From: Myxococcota bacterium
GTDB lineage: Bacteria > Myxococcota > SpSt-1050
DNA: 30,301 nucleotides
Assembly: GCA_049969675.1 (NCBI GenBank)
Contig: JBMFOP010000033.1
Coordinates: forward strand, 1-30,301
Reading direction: 5' to 3'
The translations under genes were made by a program, and so were the position numbers. Position 1 is the stretch's first letter. Each line of letters starts with the position of its first letter. This document shows positions 1 through 9,407 of the stretch, in pieces. Under the pieces are notes generated by a model. The model ran no database searches. It saw only the letters and a program-made list of their open reading frames with translations, and was not told where the DNA came from.

Positions 1-7
1 CTTTTAT

Positions 8-27
8 TTCTCCTCTGAGAAGGAGAA
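8..27. repeat. Short hairpin TTCTCCT-ctgaga-AGGAGAA, possibly a degenerate relative of the right-end repeats
   Basis: 7-bp inverted repeat at 8-14 / 21-27, similar to the TTCCCCTCT..AGGGGAA units. Confidence 0.3.
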
Positions 28-116
28 TGAATTCTACAACTTTAGGTCGTGAAAAATGTCTTGACAGATGTGGGGTGATATGCTAATAAGTAATTTCTAA
101 ATGAAGGAGAATTAGA

Positions 117-674
117 ATGACAAAGAAAGCAAAGATTGAATTTAATGAGAATGTGACAGAACATACCATCGTAGGGGGAAGGGCAATTAAGCGAGTTGGG
201 AAAAAGACTAAAGTACCTATTGGTATTGAACGGATATTACTACTTGCCGCTTCTAATTCCGATTTTAAGAAGAGGTTGATTGAAAATAGAGATGCAGTCA
301 TAGATGAGATGAAGGATGCTCTCACCGAATCCGAGCGATTAATCATTGAAAACATACCTGATGAACAGTTGAGATTTATGATTCAGACAATAGATATAAA
401 AAGCTCCAGCAGAAAAAAATTCTTTAAGAGTGTTGCTGTCGCCTGTGCGATTGCAATTGCCTCAAGTGCTACTAACCTATCCTGTGAAGGTGAGACAGAA
501 ATGCCTGATGTTGATGTTCCAGAATATCATGATGTAGGTGGATTACATACTGATATACTAACAGACATACCTAAAGATGAGACAATTATGTTGGATGTCC
601 CAGTATCTTTTGAAACTGGAGGGGATAGGCCAGATATCCCGGATGATTCGTCTGATGTAAATGAAGAAGAGTAA
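117..674 (+). CDS. NHLP-leader-like / internal Tat-lipoprotein-signal protein, putative radical SAM substrate (RiPP-like precursor)
   Basis: SD AAGGAG at about 104-109. IERILLLAASNSDFKKRLIENRDAVI resembles the NHLP leader core (A..D..FR..L..DP). It is followed by SRKKFFK, a hydrophobic stretch, NLS-C123 and an acidic tail. The stop overlaps the next ATG (TAATG). Confidence 0.7.
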   Translation: MTKKAKIEFNENVTEHTIVGGRAIKRVGKKTKVPIGIERILLLAASNSDFKKRLIENRDAVIDEMKDALTESERLIIENIPDEQLRFMIQTIDIKSSSRKKFFKSVAVACAIAIASSATNLSCEGETEMPDVDVPEYHDVGGLHTDILTDIPKDETIMLDVPVSFETGGDRPDIPDDSSDVNEEE

Positions 675-2128
675 TGGAATATAATCAAAAGGACATAACC
701 CTTATCAATTTAAATATGTTGACAATAAGACACAGGGATATTATTGAGCGTGAGCCGCATATCGTGTTAGGTCCACTTTACCTCATTGCTCAATTGAATA
801 GAGATGGGATAAGTGTTGATTTTAGAGATTATCAGCTCTGCAATTATGAGGAGTTATTTACATTAGATAGCTTTTTATCATTCTGTAATAATCCCTCAAA
901 AATTATAGGTATCTCTGTTATGGCAAATCTTTTGCATTTTGCGATACTTGCTGCAAAGGCTCTTAAAGAGAGATATCCAGATAGAGTTATTATACTTGGA
1001 GGCGTGGGTCCTTATGGGGTTGAAGAGAAGATTCTGACACGCTTCCCATTCATAGATATTATCGCATACGGTGAGGGAGAAAGAAACATCTCTGCACTTG
1101 TATCTGCCTTACATTATAATAGAGACCTTTCAGAGATAAAAGGCATCTATTACAGAATGGATGGAAAGATTATTAAAAATCCCCCTTCTGAGCGTATTAC
1201 CGAACTTGATAAGATGGGATTGCCTGCATACTATGCCATTGATTACAGGAAATATTCTGGCTGCAATATCATTACATCAAGGGGATGTCCATATCTCTGT
1301 AGTTTTTGTAGTGTAGCCCCAATATGGGGGAGGTGCCCTCAATTTCGCAGGCCTGAATCCATTGTTAAAGAGATGGTCTTCCTGAATAGAGAATATGGAG
1401 TTGAACTGTTTTTATTTCAGGATGAATTCTTCGTAAACTCCAGGGATAGGGTAATAGAATTCTGTAGATTATTAAAGGCATCTGGCTTAAAAAATATTAT
1501 GTGGAAGGCATTTGCTCGTATTAACCTCACCGATGAAAGAGTACTCAAGGAAATGGGTAAGGCAGGTTGTATTGAGATTAGGTACGGTATTGAATCGGGC
1601 TCAAATAAGGTACTAAGTCGTATAAAAAAGGGATTTACCATCGAAGAGGCTGCGGGAGTCGTCTCAAAGGCTATAAAATTTATCCCGAGGGTTGATACAT
1701 TCTTTATCTGGGGATTTCCTTTTGAAACGATAAAAGACTTTTATTCTACAATATTTCAGATGATACATTTTAGACTTATTGGCACAAGGGTATTACCTTC
1801 ACTTTTGTGTTATCTTCCTCAAACAGATATTTATATAGAATATAAAAATATAGCAAAGTTTGAATTCTATCCTTATCTGTTGCCAGAATATATGATTACT
1901 GGACACGAGCTGTTTGATAATGGCAGATTGATGGTAATTGAAAAATATAGAGATTATTATAAATTTATCAATGAACATCCAGATATCTTTACCGGATTTT
2001 TTCAGATAGATATAGAGAATAATATTTTACCTAAATTTGAGTTATTGAAAAAACACGGTTTCTATTCTCCTTCAGAAGTGGCTGATGCAAAGACAGAGTC
2101 CTGCGGGGCACACTCACCAAGAATTTAA
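674..2128 (+). CDS. B12-binding domain radical SAM protein (class B methyltransferase-like)
   Basis: Cobalamin-binding N-domain (LGPLYL, IIGISV, IILGG, YGEGE). Radical SAM motif TSRGCPYLCSFC at about 1274-1309. FQDE and GIESG motifs. Confidence 0.93.
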   Translation: MEYNQKDITLINLNMLTIRHRDIIEREPHIVLGPLYLIAQLNRDGISVDFRDYQLCNYEELFTLDSFLSFCNNPSKIIGISVMANLLHFAILAAKALKERYPDRVIILGGVGPYGVEEKILTRFPFIDIIAYGEGERNISALVSALHYNRDLSEIKGIYYRMDGKIIKNPPSERITELDKMGLPAYYAIDYRKYSGCNIITSRGCPYLCSFCSVAPIWGRCPQFRRPESIVKEMVFLNREYGVELFLFQDEFFVNSRDRVIEFCRLLKASGLKNIMWKAFARINLTDERVLKEMGKAGCIEIRYGIESGSNKVLSRIKKGFTIEEAAGVVSKAIKFIPRVDTFFIWGFPFETIKDFYSTIFQMIHFRLIGTRVLPSLLCYLPQTDIYIEYKNIAKFEFYPYLLPEYMITGHELFDNGRLMVIEKYRDYYKFINEHPDIFTGFFQIDIENNILPKFELLKKHGFYSPSEVADAKTESCGAHSPRI

Positions 2129-2215
2129 AAGAAAATCAATTCTTATCTATTTGACTTTTTGAGCTTATTATAATAGGAGATTCTACCTCTTATATGGAGA
2201 AAAGGAGGTATCAAA

Positions 2216-2452
2216 GTGAATACTGAGGAGAGAAGATGCAAGATTAATGGTTGCAAACGCCCATACAGGGCAAAGGGGTATTGCAATACACATTATAAGA
2301 TGTGGAGAAGGGGTGAGCTCCCCAAGAAGAGATTCAGTTGGTGCATCAAACCCGAATGCAAGAACAGGGCCCTCTATGGTAAGGTGTGTGCAGACCACTA
2401 CAAAGGTTTAAAGAAGAAATCAGAGGGCAAACCAGCGCAGGCGGCTCCATAG
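2216..2452 (+). CDS. Small basic protein with two C-x4-C-x9-C-x2-HY zinc-finger repeats (myxobacterial 'vegetative protein'/VegA-type motif)
   Basis: GTG start with AGGAGG at 2203-2208. Repeats CKINGCKRPYRAKGYCNTHY and CIKPECKNRALYGKVCADHY. Lys/Arg-rich. Confidence 0.8.
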   Translation: MNTEERRCKINGCKRPYRAKGYCNTHYKMWRRGELPKKRFSWCIKPECKNRALYGKVCADHYKGLKKKSEGKPAQAAP

Positions 2453-2507
2453 GCATAGTCACATACAAAAAATTGAAATTATAACTTCTTATAAAAGGAG
2501 ATAAGTT

Positions 2508-3716
2508 ATGACAGGTAAAGAGATAATGGAGATGACTGAGGAATATGGTGCACACAATTATCACCCACTTCCGGTGGTGCTCACAAAAGGGAAAGGTATC
2601 TGGGTATGGGACAGCGAAGGGAAGAAATATATAGATATGCTCAGTTGCTATTCGGCGCTCAATCACGGGCATAGGCATCCCGCACTGATTAAGGCTGTAA
2701 AAGAGCAGATAAATAAACTCACCCTCACCTCAAGGGCATTTTATAATGAACAGCTCGGACCGTTCTGTAAAGAACTCGCTGAGCTATGTGGAATGGATAT
2801 GGTGCTACCTATGAACTCCGGTGCAGAGGCAGTAGAGACGGCTATCAAGATTGCCCGCAAATGGGGTTATGTAAAGAAGGGCGTAAAACACTACGATGCA
2901 GAGATTATTGTATGTGAAAACAATTTCCACGGTAGAACTGTGACCATAGTATCATTTTCTACTGAGCCGCTTTATCGGGATGAATTTGGACCATTTACCC
3001 CGGGATTTAAGGTAATTCCCTTTGGGGATACAGATGCGCTTGAGAAGGCAATCTCTCCAAATACAGTGGCATTCCTTGTTGAGCCAATACAGGGAGAGGC
3101 TGGAATAAATGTCCCACCAGACGGATTCTTAAAGAATGCTTATGATATCTGCAGGAAAAATAATGTATTATTGATGTTTGACGAGATTCAGACTGGTCTT
3201 GGCAGGACTGGAAAATTCTTTGCTCACCAATATGAAGAGGGTGTAAAGCCAGATGTGTTGATTCTCGGGAAGGCGCTGGGTGGAGGGATCTACCCTGTCT
3301 CAGCCGTTGTATCAAATAAAGAGGTACTGGGGCTCTTTACCTGGGGAGAGCACGGTTCAACATTTGGTGGAAATCCGCTTGCCGCCTATATCGGGAGAGT
3401 GGCATTAAGAATCCTCAAGGAGGAGAGACTCACCGAGAACTCCTATGAGATTGGAAACTACTTTATGGAGAAACTCAGAAAAATCAAATCCCGACATATA
3501 AAAGAGGTAAGGGGTAAAGGACTGTTGATAGGAGTTGAATTACACAAAGAGGCTGGCGGCGCCAGAAGATTCTGTGAGGCTCTAATGAAAGAGGGACTTC
3601 TCTGTAAGGAGACCCATGAAAATGTCATTAGATTTGCACCTCCGCTCATTATCAAAAAGAAGGATATCAACCTCGCAATAAGGAAGATAAAGAAGGTCTT
3701 CCAAGAGCTGGATTAA
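2508..3716 (+). CDS. rocD: Ornithine--oxo-acid aminotransferase
   Basis: GAHNYHPLPVV, YSALNHGHRHP, LTLTSRAF, MNSGAEAVETAIK, EPIQGEAG, DEIQTGLGRTG, HGSTFGGNPLA. SD AAGGAG upstream. Confidence 0.95.
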   Translation: MTGKEIMEMTEEYGAHNYHPLPVVLTKGKGIWVWDSEGKKYIDMLSCYSALNHGHRHPALIKAVKEQINKLTLTSRAFYNEQLGPFCKELAELCGMDMVLPMNSGAEAVETAIKIARKWGYVKKGVKHYDAEIIVCENNFHGRTVTIVSFSTEPLYRDEFGPFTPGFKVIPFGDTDALEKAISPNTVAFLVEPIQGEAGINVPPDGFLKNAYDICRKNNVLLMFDEIQTGLGRTGKFFAHQYEEGVKPDVLILGKALGGGIYPVSAVVSNKEVLGLFTWGEHGSTFGGNPLAAYIGRVALRILKEERLTENSYEIGNYFMEKLRKIKSRHIKEVRGKGLLIGVELHKEAGGARRFCEALMKEGLLCKETHENVIRFAPPLIIKKKDINLAIRKIKKVFQELD

Positions 3717-3877
3717 AATCTCTTCATTTTTATCTTTTTCATATTTTCTTGACACTTATTTCTAATAGACTTACAACTCCTGTTTGATGTCTGATTGCTT
3801 TATACATCAATTCGCAGGTAAAATTTTATTAATTTTTTTATCAAAACATAGGGGGATATAATTTAAGGAGGAGTTTT

Positions 3878-5332
3878 ATGAAGAAGATTGATTTTTCACT
3901 CAAGAATTTATCACAATTATTTCCAAAAGAATTTACTAAAGAGCAGATATCAAAGGCACAGACCATTTTCTTAAAAGAGATCTCATTTTCATTGCACAAA
4001 TTCTATCGCGGAAAAATAATGACAATCCCGAAGGCTGGGATTTATGGATTTAACTGGTTTAATATCTGGTATACACCGGGTGTCTCTGTTGTTTCAACAT
4101 CAATTAGAGATGACAATAATCTCTCATTTGAGCTCTCAAATAGAGGGAATCTTGTGGCGGTGGTATCAGATTCAACAAGGGTACTCGGCGATGGGGATGT
4201 AACACCTCCGGGTGGACTGGGAGTGATGGAAGGGAAGGCATTTCTGATGAAATATTTAGGCGGTGTGGATGCAGTGGCTCTATGCATTGATAGCCGAAAT
4301 GAAAAGGGCGAGCACGACCCGCAGAAGATAATAGACTTTGTCAGGATGGCTGAGCCGAGTTTTGGTGCGGTAAATCTGGAGGATATCTCACAGCCACAAT
4401 GCTACAAGGTGCTGGATACATTGCGTGAAGAGTGTGAGATTCCGGTCTGGCATGATGATGCTCAGGGGACCGGCTCTGTCACACTTGCGGGACTTATTAA
4501 TGCACTAAAAATTGTGAGGAAAAAGATTGATAAGGTCAAAATAGTATTTTACGGTGCCGGTGCTTCAAATACAACGATTGCACGTCTTATCATCAAGGCT
4601 GGTGGGAATCCGGAGAATATGATTATGTTTGATACAAAGGGTGCACTTCATAAGAATAGAGAAGATATCAGGAATGACCCTGCATTTTATAGAAAGTGGG
4701 ATCTCTGTTTACAGACAAATCCACAGTGCATTGATGGAATTGAAAATGCAATGGAGAATACAGATGTACTAATCAGTCTGAGTAAACCGGGTCCTGATAC
4801 CGTAAAGCAGGATTGGATTAGAAAGATGGCTGATAAGGCAATTGTATTTGTCTGTGCAAACCCGATTCCCGAGATTTATCCTTATGCCGCAAAGGAGGCG
4901 GGGGCTTATATCGTTGCGACCGGCAGAGGGGACTTCCCAAATCAGGTGAACAATTCACTCGGTTTTCCCGGAATACTTAAGGGTGCACTACTTGTCAGGT
5001 CCCGAAAGATTACAGATGAGATGGCAATTACAGCAGCATACTCTATAGCAAAATTTGCGGAGAAGAAGGGGATAAATCCCGAGAGGATTATGCCCACAAT
5101 GGATGAGACCGAGGTATTTGCGCATGAGGCGGCAGATGTAGCGATGGAGGCAATCAAAAATGGAGTTGCCCGTATAAAGATATCCAGAGAGGAGGCATTT
5201 AAGACCACACTCAGAGATATAAAAGAGGCGCGCTCACTTGTGAAGACCCTGATGGATAAGAATTTTATCAAAAGGCCCCCAAGGCAGGTGCTCATAGATG
5301 CACTCAACAGGGCAATAGAAAAGGTAAAATAG
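3878..5332 (+). CDS. NAD(P)-dependent malic enzyme
   Basis: YTPGVS, VMEGKA, NLEDI, WHDDAQGT, GAGA, ANPIPEIYP, ATGRGDFPNQVNNSLGFPG. SD AAGGAGG upstream. Confidence 0.93.
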   Translation: MKKIDFSLKNLSQLFPKEFTKEQISKAQTIFLKEISFSLHKFYRGKIMTIPKAGIYGFNWFNIWYTPGVSVVSTSIRDDNNLSFELSNRGNLVAVVSDSTRVLGDGDVTPPGGLGVMEGKAFLMKYLGGVDAVALCIDSRNEKGEHDPQKIIDFVRMAEPSFGAVNLEDISQPQCYKVLDTLREECEIPVWHDDAQGTGSVTLAGLINALKIVRKKIDKVKIVFYGAGASNTTIARLIIKAGGNPENMIMFDTKGALHKNREDIRNDPAFYRKWDLCLQTNPQCIDGIENAMENTDVLISLSKPGPDTVKQDWIRKMADKAIVFVCANPIPEIYPYAAKEAGAYIVATGRGDFPNQVNNSLGFPGILKGALLVRSRKITDEMAITAAYSIAKFAEKKGINPERIMPTMDETEVFAHEAADVAMEAIKNGVARIKISREEAFKTTLRDIKEARSLVKTLMDKNFIKRPPRQVLIDALNRAIEKVK

Positions 5333-5334
5333 AT

Positions 5335-6534
5335 TCAGGATTTTTCTATGAAGAATCTATGCAGTATTCTTACTGTATCTCTGACCTGAACTGATGGTAT
5401 AATTGCTGAGATTCTGAATGATGAGGTTGTAATGCCTATCAGCTCAACATTATTGTTATTCAGGATATCCAGCATATTTCTCATATTTGAATAGTCTGAA
5501 TTTATTCCATCACCTATGAGAGAAACTGTGCCTGTATCCTCTCTCAATAATACTGAACCTCCAAATCTTTCATCTATCAACCGCTTAAAATTTCCAAAGT
5601 CGTGAATATTCTCTATAGAGAAAGCCAGACTCAAAAAATATCCTGCATTATCCTTTTCAAATCTAATCTGCTTACCAAGAATCCTGTAGGCATCCAGAAT
5701 CTCAAAGAGCGATTGTACATCTCTGTAATACTGAAATCTCTTCTGCAAAAGGATGATATTCTCCTCATAGGTGACACCGATAATGTTGTTTTTTTTCTGT
5801 GATAAAAATTTGTCAATAACAGTTCCGCTACCATCTGAAAAGGTAGATTTGCAATATATAGCTATTCCCTTCTTCTTGGCAAATTCAACTGCCTGACTAT
5901 TTAGGACCTTTGCACCAGCCTCTGCATACTCCTGCATAGATTGATAAGATATCTGACTTATCTTTTCAATATTATCCACCACCCTTGGGTCAGCTGAGTA
6001 AACGCCATCCACATCACTATAGATTTCACAATACTCTGCATCAAGAGCGGCTGCGAGTGCCACAGCTGTTGTATCAGAGCCACCTCTTCCGAGCGTGGTA
6101 ATCTCCTTCTTATATGAGATACCCTGATACCCTGCCACAATGACTATCTTCCCCTTTTCAAGCTCATCTGTAATTCTAAAAGGCCTTATCTCAATGATCC
6201 TTGCATTGTTATGACTATCATTTGTAATAATTCCAGATTGAGAACCTGTAAGTGAGATTGCCTCATAGCCAAGTTTACCTATTGCCATTGATAAAAGTGC
6301 CATACTGATTCTCTCACCAACAGACAGCAGCATATCCAGCTCTCTTCTATGAGGATTGGGATTTACACTCCTTGCAAGATTTAAGAGATTATCAGTTGTA
6401 TCACCCATTGCAGAGACCACAACCACCACATTATATCCCTTCTTCCTTGTTGCCACTACCTTTTCCGCAACCCTCATTATCTTTTCAGGTCCCGCAACAG
6501 AAGACCCTCCAAATTTCTGAACTACAATCTTCAT
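5335..6534 (-). CDS. lysC: Aspartate kinase
   Basis: [43 protein letters not shown]-terminal ACT-like region. ATGA overlap with cysS. Confidence 0.92.
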   Translation of the reverse strand: MKIVVQKFGGSSVAGPEKIMRVAEKVVATRKKGYNVVVVVSAMGDTTDNLLNLARSVNPNPHRRELDMLLSVGERISMALLSMAIGKLGYEAISLTGSQSGIITNDSHNNARIIEIRPFRITDELEKGKIVIVAGYQGISYKKEITTLGRGGSDTTAVALAAALDAEYCEIYSDVDGVYSADPRVVDNIEKISQISYQSMQEYAEAGAKVLNSQAVEFAKKKGIAIYCKSTFSDGSGTVIDKFLSQKKNNIIGVTYEENIILLQKRFQYYRDVQSLFEILDAYRILGKQIRFEKDNAGYFLSLAFSIENIHDFGNFKRLIDERFGGSVLLREDTGTVSLIGDGINSDYSNMRNMLDILNNNNVELIGITTSSFRISAIIPSVQVRDTVRILHRFFIEKS

Positions 6535-7988
6535 CTCTCAATCCTCCAGATGGTACCCTCTGGTGTATCCATAACAGATATCCCCATCTCAAGGAGTCTG
6601 TTTCTTATCTCATCCGATTTTGCAAAATTCTTCTCCTTACGAGCTAAAGCCCTCTCCTCAATCAACTTCTTTACAGCCTCAATATCAATCCCGAGTCTCT
6701 GTGCTTTTAGCAATGTAATTTCCTTCAAAGCCACAGATGGAACCTTATCCATAATGCCCAGAATATCACCTATAGTTTTTGCTTTTTCTCTAATGTATAA
6801 GAGAGAGGATTTTAGTACATCCTTTGGATACTGACCTCTTTTAAGCAATATATCATTTGCAATTCTTAATATATTGGATAAATTGGCAAGCCCTTTTGCC
6901 ATATTAAAATCATCGTCCATCGCCTCAAAAAACTCCTCAATGTTCTTATCTACCTCTTCTTTTACCGGGATATCTTTTACTGGTGTATTAAAATTGCCTA
7001 TTGCATTATTTATATCTCTCAATGTTGAATAGTAATACTCTACCCTTCCCTCTGCCTCAGAGATTGAATCAATAGAATAATTAATCGGGCTCCTATAATG
7101 TGTACCGAGCATAAAATATCTGAGTGCCTCTGGATAATACTTTGCGGTAACCTCTCTTATGGTAAAGAAATTGCCGAGGGATTTACTCATCTTCTCCTCA
7201 TTGATATTCACAAATCCATTGTGCAGCCAGTACTTTACAAATGGAACTCTGTATGCCGCTTCAGATTGAGCTATCTCATTCTCGTGATGCGGGAATATAA
7301 GGTCTTTACCTCCTCCGTGGATATCAAATGTAGTTCCAAGATATTTTGTGCTCATCGCAGAGCATTCAATATGCCAGCCGGGTCTCCCCTTTCCCCACGG
7401 AGAATCCCAGAATGGCTCACCCGGTTTACTCTCCTTCCAGAGTGCAAAGTCAAGTGGATGTCTCTTCTGTTCATTTACCTCAACGCGTGCCCCTGCCTTC
7501 ATATCATCCAGTCTTCTACCAGAGAGTTTCCCGTAACCCGGAAAGGATTCTACAGAGAAATAGACATCTCCACCTGATACATAGGCGTAACCATTATCAA
7601 TTATTTTTTGAATGAGCGCAATAATCTCATTGATATGTTCGGTGACCTTCGGCTCTATATCCGCCTTCAATACATTTAAAGACTCCATATCAATATAAAA
7701 TTCCTTAATATACTTCTCTGTAATCTCTTCGGTCTTAACCCCAAGTTCATTCGCCCTCTTAATAATCTTGTCATCCACATCTGTAAAATTTCTCACATAG
7801 GTAACCTTAAACCCCTTGTATCTTAAATATCTTAAAATAACATCAAAGGATATATATGCCCTTGCATGCCCGATGTGACACATATCATAGACTGTAACTC
7901 CACAGACATACATCCTGATTTCATTGGGTGAAAGTGGAATCAACTCCTCCTTCTTCCCTGAAATTGTATTAAATACCTTTATTCCCAT
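6531..7988 (-). CDS. cysS: Cysteine--tRNA ligase
   Basis: [55 protein letters not shown]. Confidence 0.98.
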   Translation of the reverse strand: MGIKVFNTISGKKEELIPLSPNEIRMYVCGVTVYDMCHIGHARAYISFDVILRYLRYKGFKVTYVRNFTDVDDKIIKRANELGVKTEEITEKYIKEFYIDMESLNVLKADIEPKVTEHINEIIALIQKIIDNGYAYVSGGDVYFSVESFPGYGKLSGRRLDDMKAGARVEVNEQKRHPLDFALWKESKPGEPFWDSPWGKGRPGWHIECSAMSTKYLGTTFDIHGGGKDLIFPHHENEIAQSEAAYRVPFVKYWLHNGFVNINEEKMSKSLGNFFTIREVTAKYYPEALRYFMLGTHYRSPINYSIDSISEAEGRVEYYYSTLRDINNAIGNFNTPVKDIPVKEEVDKNIEEFFEAMDDDFNMAKGLANLSNILRIANDILLKRGQYPKDVLKSSLLYIREKAKTIGDILGIMDKVPSVALKEITLLKAQRLGIDIEAVKKLIEERALARKEKNFAKSDEIRNRLLEMGISVMDTPEGTIWRIER

Positions 7989-7989
7989 A

Positions 7990-9405
7990 TCACTCTCCCT
8001 TTGAGAAGTAATTTATTATCCTCTCCACTCTAAACTTTACCCTTTCTAACCCAAGAAGTTTTACTATGTCCCTAAGCGCCGGCCCCTTCTCCCTGCCAGT
8101 AATTGCGATTCTCGGCATCATAAAAACAGCGATAGGTTTAATATCCTTCTCCTCAATATATCTTCTTAAAGGTTCTTCATTGAAATTATCACCTGATATA
8201 GACTTAAGAAAGATATTCATAATTTCAACAAACATATCCGCACCACAGAAGAGTTTATGCGTTTTCAGAGTATGTATTACCAGATCTATATTAAAATCAT
8301 CATCAAACAGAAATGCCGAGACATCACGAAGTTCGTTCAATGTAAATATCTCCTCCTTGAATACCCTCACAAACTCTCTGTCAACTCTATCTCCCCTTTC
8401 ACCCATAAAATTTTTGAAATGCAGGGTGAGAGAATCTTCATCAGCCCCTCTTATTGCCTCTCTATTGAGAAACTTCAATTTCTGCATATCAAATATTGCA
8501 GGTGCAGAACTCACCCTCTCCAGTTGAAATAGTTGAGACATCTCATCAAGGCTCAATATCTCCTTATCCGTTTCAGGAGAATAGCCCAACCTATAGAGAT
8601 AGTTCAGAAGTGCAATCGGGAGAAATCCCGAGCCCCTGAATTCTGCTACAGAGGTTGCACCATCTCTTTTTGAAAGAGGTTTCTTACCCTTCCCAAATAT
8701 AAGTGGCAAATGGGCATAACGCGGTATATCAGCCCCAAAGGTCATAAGTAGTGCAATCTGCCTTGGGGTCTGGTCCAGCAGGTCCTCTCCTCTTATCACA
8801 TCTGTTACACCCATCAGCATATCATCAATGGTACAGGCAAAGTTATAAGCCGGAACCCCATCCGCCCTTACAATTATGGGGTCACCCATTATTGCGGGAT
8901 TGAATACTACCTCCTTTCTCACCACATCCTCAAATTTAATGATATCAAAATTAGAAAATCTAAATCTATATGTAAAGGGCTTCCCCTCCGATTTCAGTCT
9001 GTTTCGTTCAGTTGCCGGGAGATTTGAACACCTGCCGTCATACACCGGGGGTTTACCGGATTTCAGTGCAATCCTTCTTCGCTCTTCAAGCTCCTGCGGC
9101 GTACAGAAGCACTCATATACTACCCCCTTTTCAATCAACTGATTTAGATATTCTCTGTAGATATGCATCCTCTCAGACTGCCTGTAAGGGCCTTCATCAT
9201 ATCCAAGATTCAACCACGACATATCTTCAATTATAGCCTCAGAATATTCTGGTTTTGAACGTTCTGTGTCTGTATCTTCAAGCCTCAAGATGAATTTCCC
9301 ATTGTGCCTCTTTGCAAACAGATATGCAAATAGTGCGGTCCTTGCATTCCCTATATGCAACTCACCTGTTGGGCTCGGCGCAAATCTGGTTCTAACTGTC
9401 CTCAT
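7990..9405 (-). CDS. gltX: Glutamate--tRNA ligase
   Basis: RFAPSPTGELHIGNAR, RLEDTD, CFC...YDGRC, LSKR, plus a C-terminal anticodon domain (RIAITG...GP). ATG at 9405 preferred over TTG at 9411. Confidence 0.93.
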   Translation of the reverse strand: MRTVRTRFAPSPTGELHIGNARTALFAYLFAKRHNGKFILRLEDTDTERSKPEYSEAIIEDMSWLNLGYDEGPYRQSERMHIYREYLNQLIEKGVVYECFCTPQELEERRRIALKSGKPPVYDGRCSNLPATERNRLKSEGKPFTYRFRFSNFDIIKFEDVVRKEVVFNPAIMGDPIIVRADGVPAYNFACTIDDMLMGVTDVIRGEDLLDQTPRQIALLMTFGADIPRYAHLPLIFGKGKKPLSKRDGATSVAEFRGSGFLPIALLNYLYRLGYSPETDKEILSLDEMSQLFQLERVSSAPAIFDMQKLKFLNREAIRGADEDSLTLHFKNFMGERGDRVDREFVRVFKEEIFTLNELRDVSAFLFDDDFNIDLVIHTLKTHKLFCGADMFVEIMNIFLKSISGDNFNEEPLRRYIEEKDIKPIAVFMMPRIAITGREKGPALRDIVKLLGLERVKFRVERIINYFSKGE

Positions 9406-9407
9406 TC

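Noticed and set aside
2216..3716. Zinc-finger gene and rocD as part of the radical SAM/RiPP-like cluster
   Set aside because: They are separated by an intergenic region with its own promoter-like signals, and both look like core genes. Nothing links them to the system.
61..3777. Apparent short-spacer promoters: TTGACA-12-TATGCT (61-84), TTGACT-12-TATAAT (2151-2174), TTGACA-11-TAGACT (3749-3771)
   Set aside because: The -35 boxes are probably real, but -10-like hexamers are frequent in AT-rich DNA. Two of the three sites have weaker 17-nt alternatives, and other promoters here fit 16-18 nt. TSS mapping would be needed.
7990..9405. Glutamyl-Q tRNA(Asp) synthetase (GluQ), suggested by RGEDLLDQTPRQ
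   Set aside because: The protein is full length with HIGN and a C-terminal anticodon-binding domain and is linked to cysS, so GluRS fits better.
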